Below are positions 62,293 to 64,000 of a DNA stretch of 64,000 nt, piece by piece. The notes below the pieces were generated by a model. The model was not told the DNA's origin and made no database searches. It saw nothing but the letters and a program-made list of their open reading frames with translations. The stretch comes from the human T2T-CHM13v2.0 reference genome, Homo sapiens. The stretch is from NCBI RefSeq assembly GCF_009914755.1, contig NC_060939.1; one strand, written 5' to 3'. The position numbers were made by a program, and so were the translations under genes. The stretch's first letter is position 1. The number at the start of each line of letters is the position of its first letter.

Positions 62293-62639
62293 TTTTTTTT
62301 TCCTTTTTTTCTTCCTTTCTTTTATTTTTTTCTTTATTTTTTGAGACAGCATCTCACTCTGTTGCCAAGGCTGGAGTGCAGTGGCGCAATCTTGGCTCAC
62401 TGCAACCTCCGCCCCCCAGGTTTAAGCAATTCTCTGCCTCAGCCTCCCGAGTAGCTGGGATTACAGGCACGTGACACCATGTCCAGCTAATTTTTGTATT
62501 TTTAGTAGAGATGGGGTTTCACCATCTTGGCCAGGCTGGTCTTGAACTCCTGACCTCGTGATCCACCCGCCTCGGCTCCCAGAGTGCTTGGATTACAGGC
62601 GTGAGCCGCTGCACCCAACCTAAGCCACCACGCCCGGCC
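62293..62639 (-). mobile_element. AluS
   Basis: T-rich tail and two arms; followed head-to-head by a plus-strand right monomer at ~62686-62850. Confidence 0.92.
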
Positions 62640-62708
62640 ATAAGCTTCTTATTTGTAACGGTCTAAGAAAGCAGTGGATAAATAATTAGTTGAGCGTGGT
62701 AGCTCTCA

Positions 62709-63779
<1,071 letters not shown>

Positions 63780-64000
63780 CTCCCAAAGTTGTGAACCCTC
63801 AGGGCTCTGGGGGGTTATTAAAGGAGGGGGGAGCCCAGTGCTCAGCTAGCATTACTTGTAAAGCAGAGTTATTAACCCGGGGTCCACTGGCTCCTTAGCA
63901 AGTCTGTGAATGTCCTGGAGTCACATGCAGTTTCATGTGAGTGCCTTTTTCTCCCTAGGGAGAGGGCCCATTCCACATCTTTTATCTGATTTTCCAATTG

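Overview
Primate, most likely human, genomic DNA (Alu, MIR, L1, L2, hAT and ERV/MaLR LTR relics). I find no supportable protein-coding exon, tRNA/rRNA or CRISPR array; the supplied ORFs are Alu/LTR read-through, microsatellite, GC-rich or chance ORFs. The main landmark is a CpG island at ~38960-40260. It holds the probable promoter and a non-coding first exon of a minus-strand gene (splice donor GCC|GTGAGT at 39491/39490) plus a perfect CTCF core. Bases 1-39490 therefore look like part of a long first intron and ~40300-64000 like upstream, repeat-dense DNA. The gene cannot be named from the window. PHC2 is an unverified guess from remembered architecture, so no symbol is given. Best second-look items: a candidate recursive splice site at 15212/15211, two intronic GGAA microsatellites (12 and 17 consecutive units), a full-length LTR12C-type solo LTR nested in an Alu nested in an MLT1A, an 81-bp near-identical duplication inside old L1 DNA, and CpG-retaining motif clusters that may be enhancers. 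None of this amounts to a demonstrated new biological system. Repeat boundaries are approximate unless target-site duplications (TSDs) are quoted, and subfamily names come from remembered consensus sequences.
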